Below are positions 55,369-64,000 of a DNA stretch of 64,000 bases, one piece after another; within the stretch, counting starts at the first letter, position 1; each line of letters begins with the position of its first letter. The stretch lies in contig VGKQ01000001.1 of the NCBI GenBank assembly GCA_016866995.1, positions 16,194 to 80,193 of the forward strand, written 5' to 3'. The DNA is from Candidatus Pacearchaeota archaeon (lineage in GTDB: Archaea; Nanobdellota; Nanobdellia; Pacearchaeales; GW2011-AR1). Below the pieces are notes generated by a model. That model saw only the letters and a program-made list of their open reading frames with translations. It did no database searches and was not told the DNA's origin. The position numbers and the translations under genes are program-made.

Positions 55369-55420
55369 TTTTACTCCTGACAAAAAGTAGCTTAGTTTTT
55401 TATATTCAAGCTACTTTTTG
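55369..55420 (+). repeat. Right copy of the 26-nt direct repeat (55369-55394), overlapping a 13-bp-stem inverted repeat (caaaaagtagctt ... aagctactttttg)
   Basis: The palindrome arms are at 55381-55393 and 55408-55420 with a 14-nt loop. The element sits 46-97 nt upstream of the antitoxin start. Confidence 0.7.
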
Positions 55421-55494
55421 TTATTATAAATAAAGAAAACCCCAATTAACCCCAATAAATTATTTATTTAATATAATCATAAAATTTTTGAAAA

Positions 55495-56247
55495 ATGACA
55501 GAAGAAATCAAAAAAGGAATGAAAGTTGAAATTTTAACAAGAGAAAAGAAAAATATTACAGGAATAGTTGAAGAAATAGGAACAAAAGAAAGCGAGAAGG
55601 GAAAAATGGTTCTTCTAAAAACAGGAGAAGTTGGAAGAGTCCAGAAAATTATAGATGATAAAAAGAAAGCAGAAAGCGAGGCAGAAAAACTGATAAAAAA
55701 AGGTGAAAATTATCAGAGAGAATTCAAATCAGAAGCATTATGGAGCTTAAATTATACAAACCAGCAGATTGCAGAAAGCAAGTCAAATGACTTGCACACA
55801 CACAAGCACAAGGCATCTAAGGTTATAATTGCTCGTTCAATTGTAGCTTTATTAAACTCACAGGGAGGAAATCTAATAATCGGAGTTAAGGAAAAAAAGA
55901 ACGAGAAAGGAGAGTTTGAGATAGTTGGAATAGAAAAAGATTTGGAGAAATTAAAAGCACAAGGCAAGGACAACTCGCAGGATGGATACAAGAGAATGAT
56001 TATAGATGACATTATCAGGGCATATTTCCCGTTTAAAATTTACAATAATCTTAATGATTATATTAAGTTCACCTTCGAGGAAATCAATAACAAACTTGTC
56101 TGCAACATAAAAGTCCAGCCAAGCAGAAGCAGGATTTTTCTGAACTTAGAGGGCAGAAAAATCTTCATGATTAGGACAGAAACAGAAACCCGCCAGATAC
56201 AAGATGAAGAGCTTGTAGATTACTGCATGAGAAGATTTTTGAGCTAG
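55495..56247 (+). CDS. AlbA_2 / Schlafen-like divergent-AAA DNA-binding domain protein
   Basis: ...EFKSEALWSLNY...KVIIARSIVALLNSQGGNLIIGVKE... matches the AlbA_2 (putative DNA-binding) core. Confidence 0.5.
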   Translation: MTEEIKKGMKVEILTREKKNITGIVEEIGTKESEKGKMVLLKTGEVGRVQKIIDDKKKAESEAEKLIKKGENYQREFKSEALWSLNYTNQQIAESKSNDLHTHKHKASKVIIARSIVALLNSQGGNLIIGVKEKKNEKGEFEIVGIEKDLEKLKAQGKDNSQDGYKRMIIDDIIRAYFPFKIYNNLNDYIKFTFEEINNKLVCNIKVQPSRSRIFLNLEGRKIFMIRTETETRQIQDEELVDYCMRRFLS

Positions 56248-56368
56248 TTCAAAAATCTTAATTATTTCCCATAACCCAAATATAAAATTAAAATAACTAA
56301 AACTAAATTTTGCAAAATAATTCCCTTAATGTTATATGACATTAATTACAGATAAGAACTAATACAAT

Positions 56369-56536
56369 TTACAAGTCTCTTGCCTGCAGTGTTCTTCTTC
56401 CATTTGCCTTTGCCCTCTCGCTCGCCTCTTTAAGCAAGTTTTCAACTTTCTTATTCAGAGCATCCACAACTTCAGCAGCTACATTCAACTCAGGAACAGC
56501 CTCTTTTATCTTGCTTTTTATGATTAAATCTGTCAT
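56369..56536 (-). CDS. Archaeal histone (HMf-family histone fold, 55 aa)
   Basis: Hand translation gives MTDLIIKSKIKEAVPELNVAAEVVDALNKKVENLLKEASERAKANGRRTLQARDL. This aligns to HMfB ...[53 protein letters not shown]. Confidence 0.55.
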   Translation of the reverse strand: MTDLIIKSKIKEAVPELNVAAEVVDALNKKVENLLKEASERAKANGRRTLQARDL

Positions 56537-56537
56537 T

Positions 56538-57113
56538 TTATTCTAAGCCAATCTCGCTTTTTATATCTTTCATAGCCTCAATGGACAGCAAGAAAAACTC
56601 ATCCAAGCTTATTCCCACAAGTTCTATCTCTTTCACAATATTTCTGTCGCAATTAGCAGCAAACCTCTTATCTTTAAATTTCTTTCCAAGTCCCTTGGCT
56701 TCCATATCAGAAATATTTTTTCCTCTCATCAAAGCATATGCATAAATTATTCCTGTAAGTGTTTCAGCAGCAGCAAGGCAGTGTTCTATCCTGCTTGTTC
56801 TTTTTTTATCTTTAAAACAAGGAATAGCATCATACCCGTACCCATGAGATTGGATAATTTCAATAAAATTGTCATCAAAACCTTCTTTCTCAAGTATCTC
56901 GCGAGCTTTTGTGCAATGCTCCTGCCAATTATCTCGGGTTAAAGCCCAGTCAACATCATGCAGCAAGCCAAGCATGCCCCAATATTCAACATCTTCATTC
57001 AACTTGGAAGCTAATTTTCTCATAATTGCCTCTGATTCAAGATAATGATTCATGTCAGCTTCTGTCTGCGGCATTGACTTAAGAAGCTCAAGAGCTTTTT
57101 CACGTGAAATCAT
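56538..57113 (-). CDS. HD-domain phosphohydrolase (YqeK-like)
   Basis: An N-terminal His (MNHYLESEAI) and LGLLHDVDW are spaced as in HD hydrolases. Confidence 0.45.
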   Translation of the reverse strand: MISREKALELLKSMPQTEADMNHYLESEAIMRKLASKLNEDVEYWGMLGLLHDVDWALTRDNWQEHCTKAREILEKEGFDDNFIEIIQSHGYGYDAIPCFKDKKRTSRIEHCLAAAETLTGIIYAYALMRGKNISDMEAKGLGKKFKDKRFAANCDRNIVKEIELVGISLDEFFLLSIEAMKDIKSEIGLE

Positions 57114-57246
57114 TTTTTTGCTAATTTTTAGTAGTTTATAAATCTGTCTTTCAAAAATAAATATATAATTTCAAATTAATTATAGATAAATATTTCTTTA
57201 ATTATTAATTAACATAATCAATTCATAAACATTAATAAAATAATAT

Positions 57247-58719
57247 TTATTTTCCCTCAGGCTTCATCAAGGGAAAAATAACACATTCTCTTATTGGCTT
57301 GTCAACAAGATACGAGAACAATCTTTCTGAAACTCCAAACCCGCAGGTTGGAGGCATCCCATATTTCAAAGCTTCTACAAATTCCTTGTCATGTTCCATA
57401 GCATCTTTATCTCCTTTTGCCTTCTCTTTAGCCTGTTCAATAAATCTCTTTTCCTGCTCAAGAGCATCATTTAGTTCAGAATACCCATTTCCAAGCTCTG
57501 TTCCCGCAATTATAACCTGAAACTGTTCTACTGCTTTCTCATCATCTCGGCTTGTTTTTGCCAGAGGAGCAAGTTCAACAGGCTGGTTCACAAGAAATCC
57601 AGGACCTAAAAGTTTTTTTCTGCAGAATTTCCATAAATTATCAACTAATCTCCATTTTCCAAGATTTTTATCACACTCTATTCCAAGCTCTTCAATTTTT
57701 TTTATTATTTTTTTCTCATCATCCTTGTAAATATCAATTCCAGTATATTTTTTTATCACGCTCTTGTAATCATATAATTCCCATTTTTTCCCCAAGTCAA
57801 CTTTATAGCCATGAGTTTCAAACTTCAAAGTGCCAAGAACTTCTTTTGCAGCTTTTTTGTACATCTCTTCAACAAGCTTCATCCCATCTTTAAAATCAGC
57901 ATATGCCCAATAAAATTCCATCTGAGTATAATCCTGTAAATGCTCCATATCCATGCCCTCATTCCTGAACTGCCTTCCAATCTCAAATGTCTTCTCATAT
58001 CCCGCTATCATTAATTTCTTCTGCCATAATTCTCCCATAGAAATTCTCAGAAAAACATCAACATCAAGAGAATTATGATGTGTCTTGAATGGATTAGCAG
58101 CCGCTCCTCCTGCTGATGTTTCGAGCACAGGAGTTTCAACTTCTAAAAATCCTCTTTCAAGCAGAAAATTTCTTATTGTCTGCCAAAATTTCTGCTTCTT
58201 GATAAAAAGTTCTTTTGTTTCAGGATTTGAGATAATATCAAGATATCTTTTTCTTAATCTTTCTTCATCATCCTGCAACCCGTGCCACTTTTCAGGAAGA
58301 GGCAGAATTGCCTTAGTTAAAACTTCAATTTTCTTAGCAAGAACTGTCAACTCTCCTCTCTTTGTTCTCAGAATTGTTCCTTCTATTCCAATAATATCTC
58401 CTGAATCAACATATTTTTTGAATAATTCCAAATCTTTTTTAGGAGTTTCTCCTTCCTGAAGCTGAATTTGTATTTTTCCGCTTCCATCCTGAATACTGGA
58501 AAAAATTAATTTTCCAATATCTCGTATAATCATAACTCTCCCTGCAACTCTCGCTTTATTCTTAGTTCTTGAGCCGGATTTTAACTTCTTGTACTTCTCC
58601 TGCAAATCTGAACTTGCTTGTTTATTTTCAAACTTGTAAGTATATGGATTAATTCCAAGCTTTCTCAGCTCTTCAATTTTTTTCAATCTCTCTTTTACAA
58701 TTAACTCTTCTCTTCCCAT
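57247..58719 (-). CDS. lysS: Lysyl-tRNA synthetase, class II
   Basis: An N-terminal OB anticodon-binding domain is present. Motif 2 is FRNEGMDMEHLQDYTQMEFY and motif 3 is GTELGNGYSELND. Confidence 0.9.
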   Translation of the reverse strand: MGREELIVKERLKKIEELRKLGINPYTYKFENKQASSDLQEKYKKLKSGSRTKNKARVAGRVMIIRDIGKLIFSSIQDGSGKIQIQLQEGETPKKDLELFKKYVDSGDIIGIEGTILRTKRGELTVLAKKIEVLTKAILPLPEKWHGLQDDEERLRKRYLDIISNPETKELFIKKQKFWQTIRNFLLERGFLEVETPVLETSAGGAAANPFKTHHNSLDVDVFLRISMGELWQKKLMIAGYEKTFEIGRQFRNEGMDMEHLQDYTQMEFYWAYADFKDGMKLVEEMYKKAAKEVLGTLKFETHGYKVDLGKKWELYDYKSVIKKYTGIDIYKDDEKKIIKKIEELGIECDKNLGKWRLVDNLWKFCRKKLLGPGFLVNQPVELAPLAKTSRDDEKAVEQFQVIIAGTELGNGYSELNDALEQEKRFIEQAKEKAKGDKDAMEHDKEFVEALKYGMPPTCGFGVSERLFSYLVDKPIRECVIFPLMKPEGK

Positions 58720-58762
58720 AATATAAACAGAAAAAGATAATATAAAAATCTATCTTAAAATA

Positions 58763-59041
58763 TCAAAAACTCAAAACCTTAAATTCAGTGAAATCATCCT
58801 GCCACTTTTCTTCCTTGACATCAACGCTTTTTGTCTGGCTGTGTCTCGGTCCTATTCTGCAAACTTCAATCATCTCATCAACCATTTCTTTCTCACCCTG
58901 CAAAAAAGCTTCAACTCTTCCATCCTCGAGATTTCTTACAAAACCCTTTAAATTTCTTTTGTCAGCATTTTCCTTGAAAAACTGCCTCAAAAAAATCCCG
59001 TGCACAATTCCCTTATAATAAACTCGAACAGCTTTTTTCAT
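58763..59041 (-). CDS. acyP: Acylphosphatase
   Basis: VRVYYKGIVHGIFLRQF...GFVRNLEDGRVEAFLQG...IGPRHSQ matches the acylphosphatase fold signature. Confidence 0.8.
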   Translation of the reverse strand: MKKAVRVYYKGIVHGIFLRQFFKENADKRNLKGFVRNLEDGRVEAFLQGEKEMVDEMIEVCRIGPRHSQTKSVDVKEEKWQDDFTEFKVLSF

Positions 59042-59144
59042 TTTCTTATGAAAAAAGCAGTTAATTAGGATTTTTATAATTATCTATACTAAAAAATATA
59101 AATAAATTAATCTAACATTAATTAATAAAAATCAAGACTTTTGC

Positions 59145-59420
59145 CTATAATCCAAAAGTCTTCTCAAACTCTTTCATCTGGGCATACTTGTGGAAAAATT
59201 CTCTGCCTTTCTTTGTTATTGTAATTTTCTGCTTTCCATCAACTTCAATTTTCTCAATCAACTGATTTTTCTCAAGCTCAGCAAGATATAGTTTCATCTG
59301 GTTATGAGATAAGTTAGCTTTATACATTAAATGAGTAGGCTTAATTTTACCGCCCTTTTCTTGAATTATTGCCAGCATATCTGATATTATCTCTATTCTG
59401 CTTCTTTTTCTGTTTATCAT
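59145..59420 (-). CDS. Small winged-helix DNA-binding protein (91 aa)
   Basis: ...[54 protein letters not shown]... is wHTH-like. It overlaps the 3' end of 59347..60108 by 74 nt, so one of the two starts or ends is uncertain. Confidence 0.4.
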   Translation of the reverse strand: MINRKRSRIEIISDMLAIIQEKGGKIKPTHLMYKANLSHNQMKLYLAELEKNQLIEKIEVDGKQKITITKKGREFFHKYAQMKEFEKTFGL

Positions 59421-60108
59421 TTTTAGCCCCTATAATCCTTATCATAAGGAAAAGAAGGATTAAATAGCTTACTAATTGTATAACCTGTGCAATAACAGCA
59501 TAAAACTCAATCTTGGAGAAGAGGAATATTATCTGGCTCAATGCAAGCATTCCAAACAAAGCAATCAAGACAATAGTGTTCTTGGATTTATTTTTCTCAT
59601 AAATTGCAGTGTAATTCTGCATTATAAATATAAGCAGCAGGAGAAGTGTTAAATGAAATAAATAATAATGAAATATACAGCCGAATAATGCTATTATAAT
59701 AAGAAAATATGCAGCAAGAATAATATCTTTTTTTGCCTGTTTTTTCATATTAATTCTATAAATAATATAAAAACCCGCAAGTGTCAGAAGCTTATTGAAG
59801 AAAAACCCGGCATAATAAATAAAATCAACAGAACTTAGAACATTGCTGCTTACAATCATTTTTCCGACGTTCTGGGTGAAATCAGCAGCATAAAAATCAT
59901 AATACAATAGAAGTTTTGTAAACACTGTTGCAACCTCAGCAAGGGCAACAAGCAAAAACCCGCTTCCAAGATACAAAAAATTCTTGTTCCTGCTCAGTTT
60001 GTAATTTTTATAGGCAAAAATAAAAAACAAAGCCAGTATTGCAAAACTGAAAAATTCAATTAAAACATCGCCTTCAAGAAACCAGTCAGGAGTAAAAACG
60101 ATTTTCAT
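59347..60108 (-). CDS. Polytopic membrane protein (253 aa), function unknown
   Basis: It has about 7 hydrophobic helices. Confidence 0.4.
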   Translation of the reverse strand: MKIVFTPDWFLEGDVLIEFFSFAILALFFIFAYKNYKLSRNKNFLYLGSGFLLVALAEVATVFTKLLLYYDFYAADFTQNVGKMIVSSNVLSSVDFIYYAGFFFNKLLTLAGFYIIYRINMKKQAKKDIILAAYFLIIIALFGCIFHYYLFHLTLLLLLIFIMQNYTAIYEKNKSKNTIVLIALFGMLALSQIIFLFSKIEFYAVIAQVIQLVSYLILLFLMIRIIGAKNDKQKKKQNRDNIRYAGNNSRKGR

Positions 60109-60499
60109 ATTTTCCTTTCCTCTTCGATAAACTCTAATTTTATTTAAAAAGCTTATGAAACTTCATTTCATACTTTCTATTCAGAATAACTGTTCACAAT
60201 TGCTTTAAAAGGCATTTTCCTGTATATTTTAAGCTTAAAAGAAGTTAAATTTCATTTCCTCACCCGAGGAAATCATAATCAAACCATAGTCACCTCTTTT
60301 CGCCCAGGAGAAGCCCGACAATCTCTTTGAAAAGGGCTTCTCTCAGGGTTTATATCCGGCCTGGATGAAAAATGCAAAAAAACAAAGAGATAAGCCTGAA
60401 AAAGGAGATGAGAATTCTTAGAGAAATGGGATTAGATGATTCTGAATTAGATTATATTGCTCACTTGCATGAAAAAGATGAATTAAGCAGAAAATGGGA

Positions 60500-60775
60500 T
60501 TAATCTTGTTCTTGCTTTAATTCAGCATCAACAAGTTTTTCTATCTCAGCAAAATTTCTCTTAAATTCTTCATATGAAAATCTTCTGTCCCCTATTTCAA
60601 GCATTGTTCTTTCATCTTTTACAGGGCATAATTCAAATCTCACAAGCTTAGAAGCAAGATAGCAGACAATTTCTAGATAATCGCCTTTATTCTTTCTGCA
60701 GTCATAATCATATACAAGCTTAAAATGATTTTGGGACACTAATAATATGGAAACAAGATTTATAAAAATTATCAA
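60500..60775 (-). CDS. Hypothetical protein (91 aa)
   Basis: ORF only. Confidence 0.3.
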   Translation of the reverse strand: MIIFINLVSILLVSQNHFKLVYDYDCRKNKGDYLEIVCYLASKLVRFELCPVKDERTMLEIGDRRFSYEEFKRNFAEIEKLVDAELKQEQD

Positions 60776-61001
60776 TGCAGAAAATATATTATGATATATG
60801 CTATATTTTCTGCCAAAAAAACTTTATAATTTTTTTGATATTCTAAATAAATTTTCAATCTTGATATTCTAAATAAAAATTACAATTATCAAATTAATAA
60901 TTAAAATTAGTTTCTTTATTAACTATATAAATATCATAATTACATTAATTAATTTTACAATTATCATTGATGTTTTATTGTATTATTAAAGTTATATTTA
61001 T

Positions 61002-61613
61002 TCAGCTTTCTCTTTCATCTAATTCATGATTTACAATAGTTACTACCTGAGATGCAAAATAAATTTTCTTTCCAACAGAAACAGGAATGCAGATTTTTTT
61101 CAATCTCTTTAATTCCTTGTTTGGAAAACCCTCGTTGTCTCCAAGCACAAAAACAGGATTTTTCTCAATTTTCATATTTCTAATATTCTCGCCTTTCTCA
61201 TCAAGCAGATAAATATTTTTTCCTTCTTGCTTTAATTCTTCTATGAGCTTAAATAACGGCTTTTTTTCTATATAAAACCCATTCCAAACTCTTGTTTTCT
61301 GCCCATCTTTAAATTTGAACAACATTTTTTTTATCAAGCCAGCAACATCCTTCTTGCTTATATCTGGCTTGTCATCTTTAACTTGTGCTCCTGTCTCAGG
61401 GATACTTGAGCCGGGAAACATTTCAAGATGCATTGGAGGATTTGGAGGCCCATAAAATACAAGATGCAATTTAGTATCATCTCTTAATTTATGAGACAAG
61501 AAGAAAGCATTTATTACAACATGAAGCGCAATATCCATTCTTCCTGCTTTCATCAAATCATCAAAATTCCCACTAGTTCTTGCCTTGCTTGAAAAATAAA
61601 TAAATTCTCTCAT
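61002..61613 (-). CDS. trmY: tRNA (pseudouridine54-N1)-methyltransferase TrmY (SPOUT, DUF358)
   Basis: MREFIYFSSKARTSGNFDDLMKAGRMDIALHVVINAFFLSHKLR...LHLVFYG matches the TrmY family pattern. Confidence 0.7.
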   Translation of the reverse strand: MREFIYFSSKARTSGNFDDLMKAGRMDIALHVVINAFFLSHKLRDDTKLHLVFYGPPNPPMHLEMFPGSSIPETGAQVKDDKPDISKKDVAGLIKKMLFKFKDGQKTRVWNGFYIEKKPLFKLIEELKQEGKNIYLLDEKGENIRNMKIEKNPVFVLGDNEGFPNKELKRLKKICIPVSVGKKIYFASQVVTIVNHELDERES

Positions 61614-61654
61614 CTTTAGAATAAGTTAAGTTAGTTTTTAAGATTTTTGTTAAA

Positions 61655-62050
61655 TCATTGCTTTCGCATTCTAGCTTTTCTAGCGTCCTCTTCTCTAAGT
61701 TGTGTAGTTAAACGAGCCAAGCCATCACCTAAATCTTCTTCTTTTCTACACTGAACTCTATAAACCTTTGCATCTCCTGAAGGATTATAAGCGAGCGCAG
61801 CAAATATTGCAGTGTTTGGCGCTTTGCCTTTTTCATAAACTCTATACTCTCTTCCATTAACAGTTACAAATCTTAAGGTTCTTCCCAAATCTCTTCTTGC
61901 TTGCCTATTTAACTCTCTTGCGATAGGACTTTCAGAACTAACCTGAATTTCTGTAGGAGGATCTCTATAAACTCTACCATGGAATACTTCTGCTATACTT
62001 AATTGGCTTCCATAACTTACTATAGACACATCGGCTGGAACTTTACTCAT
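61655..62050 (-). CDS. Hypothetical protein (131 aa), GC-elevated, Arg-rich
   Basis: ORF only, with recurring (R/K)VYRV motifs. It sits between trmY and cbf5. Confidence 0.3.
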   Translation of the reverse strand: MSKVPADVSIVSYGSQLSIAEVFHGRVYRDPPTEIQVSSESPIARELNRQARRDLGRTLRFVTVNGREYRVYEKGKAPNTAIFAALAYNPSGDAKVYRVQCRKEEDLGDGLARLTTQLREEDARKARMRKQ

Positions 62051-62210
62051 AAAAAATTCACTTTTTCAAACTTTTTAAACCTTTTTCTCTGAAAAATCAA
62101 ATATATACTTTAATATTAATGTCACAAAATGCCCCTTTACTGTTTTATTAAATAAATTAATTTATAATATAATAAACATAAAAAATATAAGTTGTATTAA
62201 TAACAGAATA

Positions 62211-63035
62211 CTAATTAAAAACAAATTCAGCTCTTGCTATAATATCTTTCTCATTAACTTTCCTATAAATTCCTATAAATTTATCCTGGGAAAAAACAGC
62301 AAATTTTTCTTCTCCAAGTAGTTTTATTTCTCCCTTATGAATTGGTTTTCCGGTTAATAATTGTTTAATCATATTTTGTTTAATTTGAACACAAGTAAGA
62401 ACTTTTTCCAGTGCCTTTTCAGCCGGAATTAAAATTTTTCTTAACTTCTCATCATTCCCATTTTTCCAATCAGAAACAGCTTTTTCAAACTCATACATAT
62501 TTATAATTTTTTCTTCAGAAAAAATTCCAGCTTGAGTTCTTCTTAATTCAAGCATATGGGCTCCTCCAATATTATTGCCCAAATCTGAAATCAGCTTACG
62601 AATATAAGTTCCTGCCTGGACTTCTGTCTCAAAAAGAAAATCTTTTCCATCATTCTCAAGAATTTTAAATGAAAATATCTCTCTCTCGCGAATTTCTCTT
62701 TTAACTCTTGATTTTACAGGCGGAAGTTGCATTATTTTTCCTATAAACTTTGAAATTTCTTCCTCAAGTTTTTCCCTTGAAATTTCCTGATGAACTCGCA
62801 TAATTCCAACATACTTCTTGTTTTTATGCATAAAATAATCGCTTAATCTGCAGGCTCTTCCCAGAGCTATAGGCAGAACTCCTGTTACTTGCGGGTCAAG
62901 AGTGCCAAAATGCGATGTTTTGTTCAAGCCGAGCATTTTTTTCACAATAACATCAACTCCAAAACTAGTAGGCCCGCTCGGCTTGTCAATGTTAATTATG
63001 CTGAAATTCAATAATTCCTGGATTGTTTTCTCCAT
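62211..63035 (-). CDS. cbf5: H/ACA RNP pseudouridine synthase Cbf5 (TruB family) with PUA domain
   Basis: FGTLDPQVTGVLPIALGRA is the TruB catalytic motif. A C-terminal PUA-like segment is present. Confidence 0.9.
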   Translation of the reverse strand: MEKTIQELLNFSIINIDKPSGPTSFGVDVIVKKMLGLNKTSHFGTLDPQVTGVLPIALGRACRLSDYFMHKNKKYVGIMRVHQEISREKLEEEISKFIGKIMQLPPVKSRVKREIREREIFSFKILENDGKDFLFETEVQAGTYIRKLISDLGNNIGGAHMLELRRTQAGIFSEEKIINMYEFEKAVSDWKNGNDEKLRKILIPAEKALEKVLTCVQIKQNMIKQLLTGKPIHKGEIKLLGEEKFAVFSQDKFIGIYRKVNEKDIIARAEFVFN

Positions 63036-63095
63036 ATTTTTAATTATATTCCTGCTTATATAAAGATTTTTAAACCCAATTTTGTCAGTATTTTT

Positions 63096-63557
63096 ATGCC
63101 AAATACAGATACTAGAATAAGCAGAAGAAATCTCCTTCAGTATGGGGGAATGATACTGGCAGGTCTTGCAGTTATGGGAATTCCGATTGCTGGAGAATTA
63201 TACATAGATTCTCATACTCCTGAAAGAGAAAAGAAAATAACAAAAATTCAAGATGCTGTTGATAAATTAAACAGACATGGCAAGATTAATTATGTTCCTA
63301 ATTTTGGATATGGTTTTGATTTGTCTTTAGACGGAAGGCTTGTCAGAGCAAACATAAGCAGGCAGGAATTTAACAGAGGGCATAAATTAAGCTATCAGCC
63401 AGAAGGAACTGATTTTATTGTCAGAGTGTATGGAAAGCAAATAGAAGTATCAAAATTTGGAGAAAGAGTTTATGATTCCAAGATTGAGCAGGATATGCAG
63501 GCAATGACAGACAGGGTTCTTGATGCTCTTGTTGCTCAGACTTCTCCAGAGAGATAA
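63096..63557 (+). CDS. Secreted hypothetical protein with a twin-arginine (Tat) signal
   Basis: The N-terminus is ...ISRRNLLQYGGMILAGLAVMG, giving the SRRxLL motif followed by an h-region. Confidence 0.4.
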   Translation: MPNTDTRISRRNLLQYGGMILAGLAVMGIPIAGELYIDSHTPEREKKITKIQDAVDKLNRHGKINYVPNFGYGFDLSLDGRLVRANISRQEFNRGHKLSYQPEGTDFIVRVYGKQIEVSKFGERVYDSKIEQDMQAMTDRVLDALVAQTSPER

Positions 63558-63985
63558 GCTTTTCTCTCTTTATCAGAAAATTTTTCAATAGAGTATCTCA
63601 GCATTGTTCTTGGCATAATTTTATAATTTTTCTTTAAAAATTTTTCAAGTTCCTGCTTGTCTCTTTTTCCTATTTCTCTCAGCATCCAGCCAACAGCCTT
63701 ATGCATCAAATCGTGCTTATCTTTCAATAAAATTTCAGAGATTTTCAGGGCATCAGAAAAATCTTTTTCTTTAATAAATGCAAAACATGCAAGTGCAGAA
63801 ATTCTTCTTTCCCATAAATTTCCTTTGACAAGCCCATATAAAATTTTTCTGTCTTTATCAAGCAAAAACCCTCCTACAATTCTTGGCGCACTCAAGTCTA
63901 CCAAATCCCAGTTATTTATTCTGTTATTCTTGGCATTTTTCAAGTATAAATTAAATATTTTTTCTTTTTCATCTGACTTTTTCAT
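63536..63985 (-). CDS. DNA alkylation repair enzyme (AlkD/AlkC-like HEAT-repeat glycosylase), possibly truncated at the window edge
   Basis: NNWDLVDLSAPRIVG...HKAVGWMLREIGKRD is the AlkD family signature. The ORF starts 15 nt from the window end. Confidence 0.5.
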   Translation of the reverse strand: MKKSDEKEKIFNLYLKNAKNNRINNWDLVDLSAPRIVGGFLLDKDRKILYGLVKGNLWERRISALACFAFIKEKDFSDALKISEILLKDKHDLMHKAVGWMLREIGKRDKQELEKFLKKNYKIMPRTMLRYSIEKFSDKERKAYLSGEV

Positions 63986-64000
63986 CTTTTCAATTAAAAC

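Noticed and set aside
60360-60500. Small ORFs (MKNAKKQRDKPEKGDENS; MRILREMGLDDSELDYIAHLHEKDELSRKWD)
   Set aside because: They are 18-31 aa with no support. The region is better explained as leader or ncRNA context.
1-64000. CRISPR array or rRNA genes
   Set aside because: No regularly spaced direct repeats of CRISPR type and no rRNA-like GC-rich conserved stretches were seen anywhere in the window.

Overview
By eye this is an AT-rich window (about one-third GC) from an archaeal genome, probably a small-genome DPANN-type lineage (Pacearchaeota/Woesearchaeota-like). Recognisable archaeal housekeeping genes include aIF5A, L40e, L37ae, RpoP, SecE, Spt5, L11, prefoldin beta, FtsZ plus SepF, PCNA, the PriS primase, Hjc, Cbf5, TrmY, Taw1, a class II LysRS, an HMf-type histone and an S-layer protein. 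There are two tRNAs: tRNA-Ala(CGC) on the minus strand and an intron-containing tRNA-Pro(UGG). No rRNA and no CRISPR array were seen. The accessory content is dominated by cell-surface genes, with three main items. (1) A ~11 kb minus-strand locus (31.2-42.2 kb) carries two tandem paralogous modules, each a pilin-like small protein plus a giant cysteine-rich membrane protein. The giant protein is fused in one module and split into N and C halves in the other, and the two modules share a 60-nt identical DNA tract. (2) A three-gene cassette (HPr-kinase-like P-loop kinase, metallophosphoesterase, nucleotidyltransferase) is bracketed by a perfect 27-bp direct repeat. (3) A cluster of four pilin-like genes with class III (+1 Gln) signal peptides lies beside a wHTH regulator whose promoter carries three CATATATG palindromes at 19-bp spacing. 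Other items are a RelE-like TA pair bracketed by 26-bp repeats, a standalone Cas4-like nuclease, a GC-elevated two-gene islet of unknown function, an archaeosortase-like protein beside a candidate substrate, a ThyA-like protein lacking the PCH cysteine, a mini Dph2, and several recurrent hairpin motifs.
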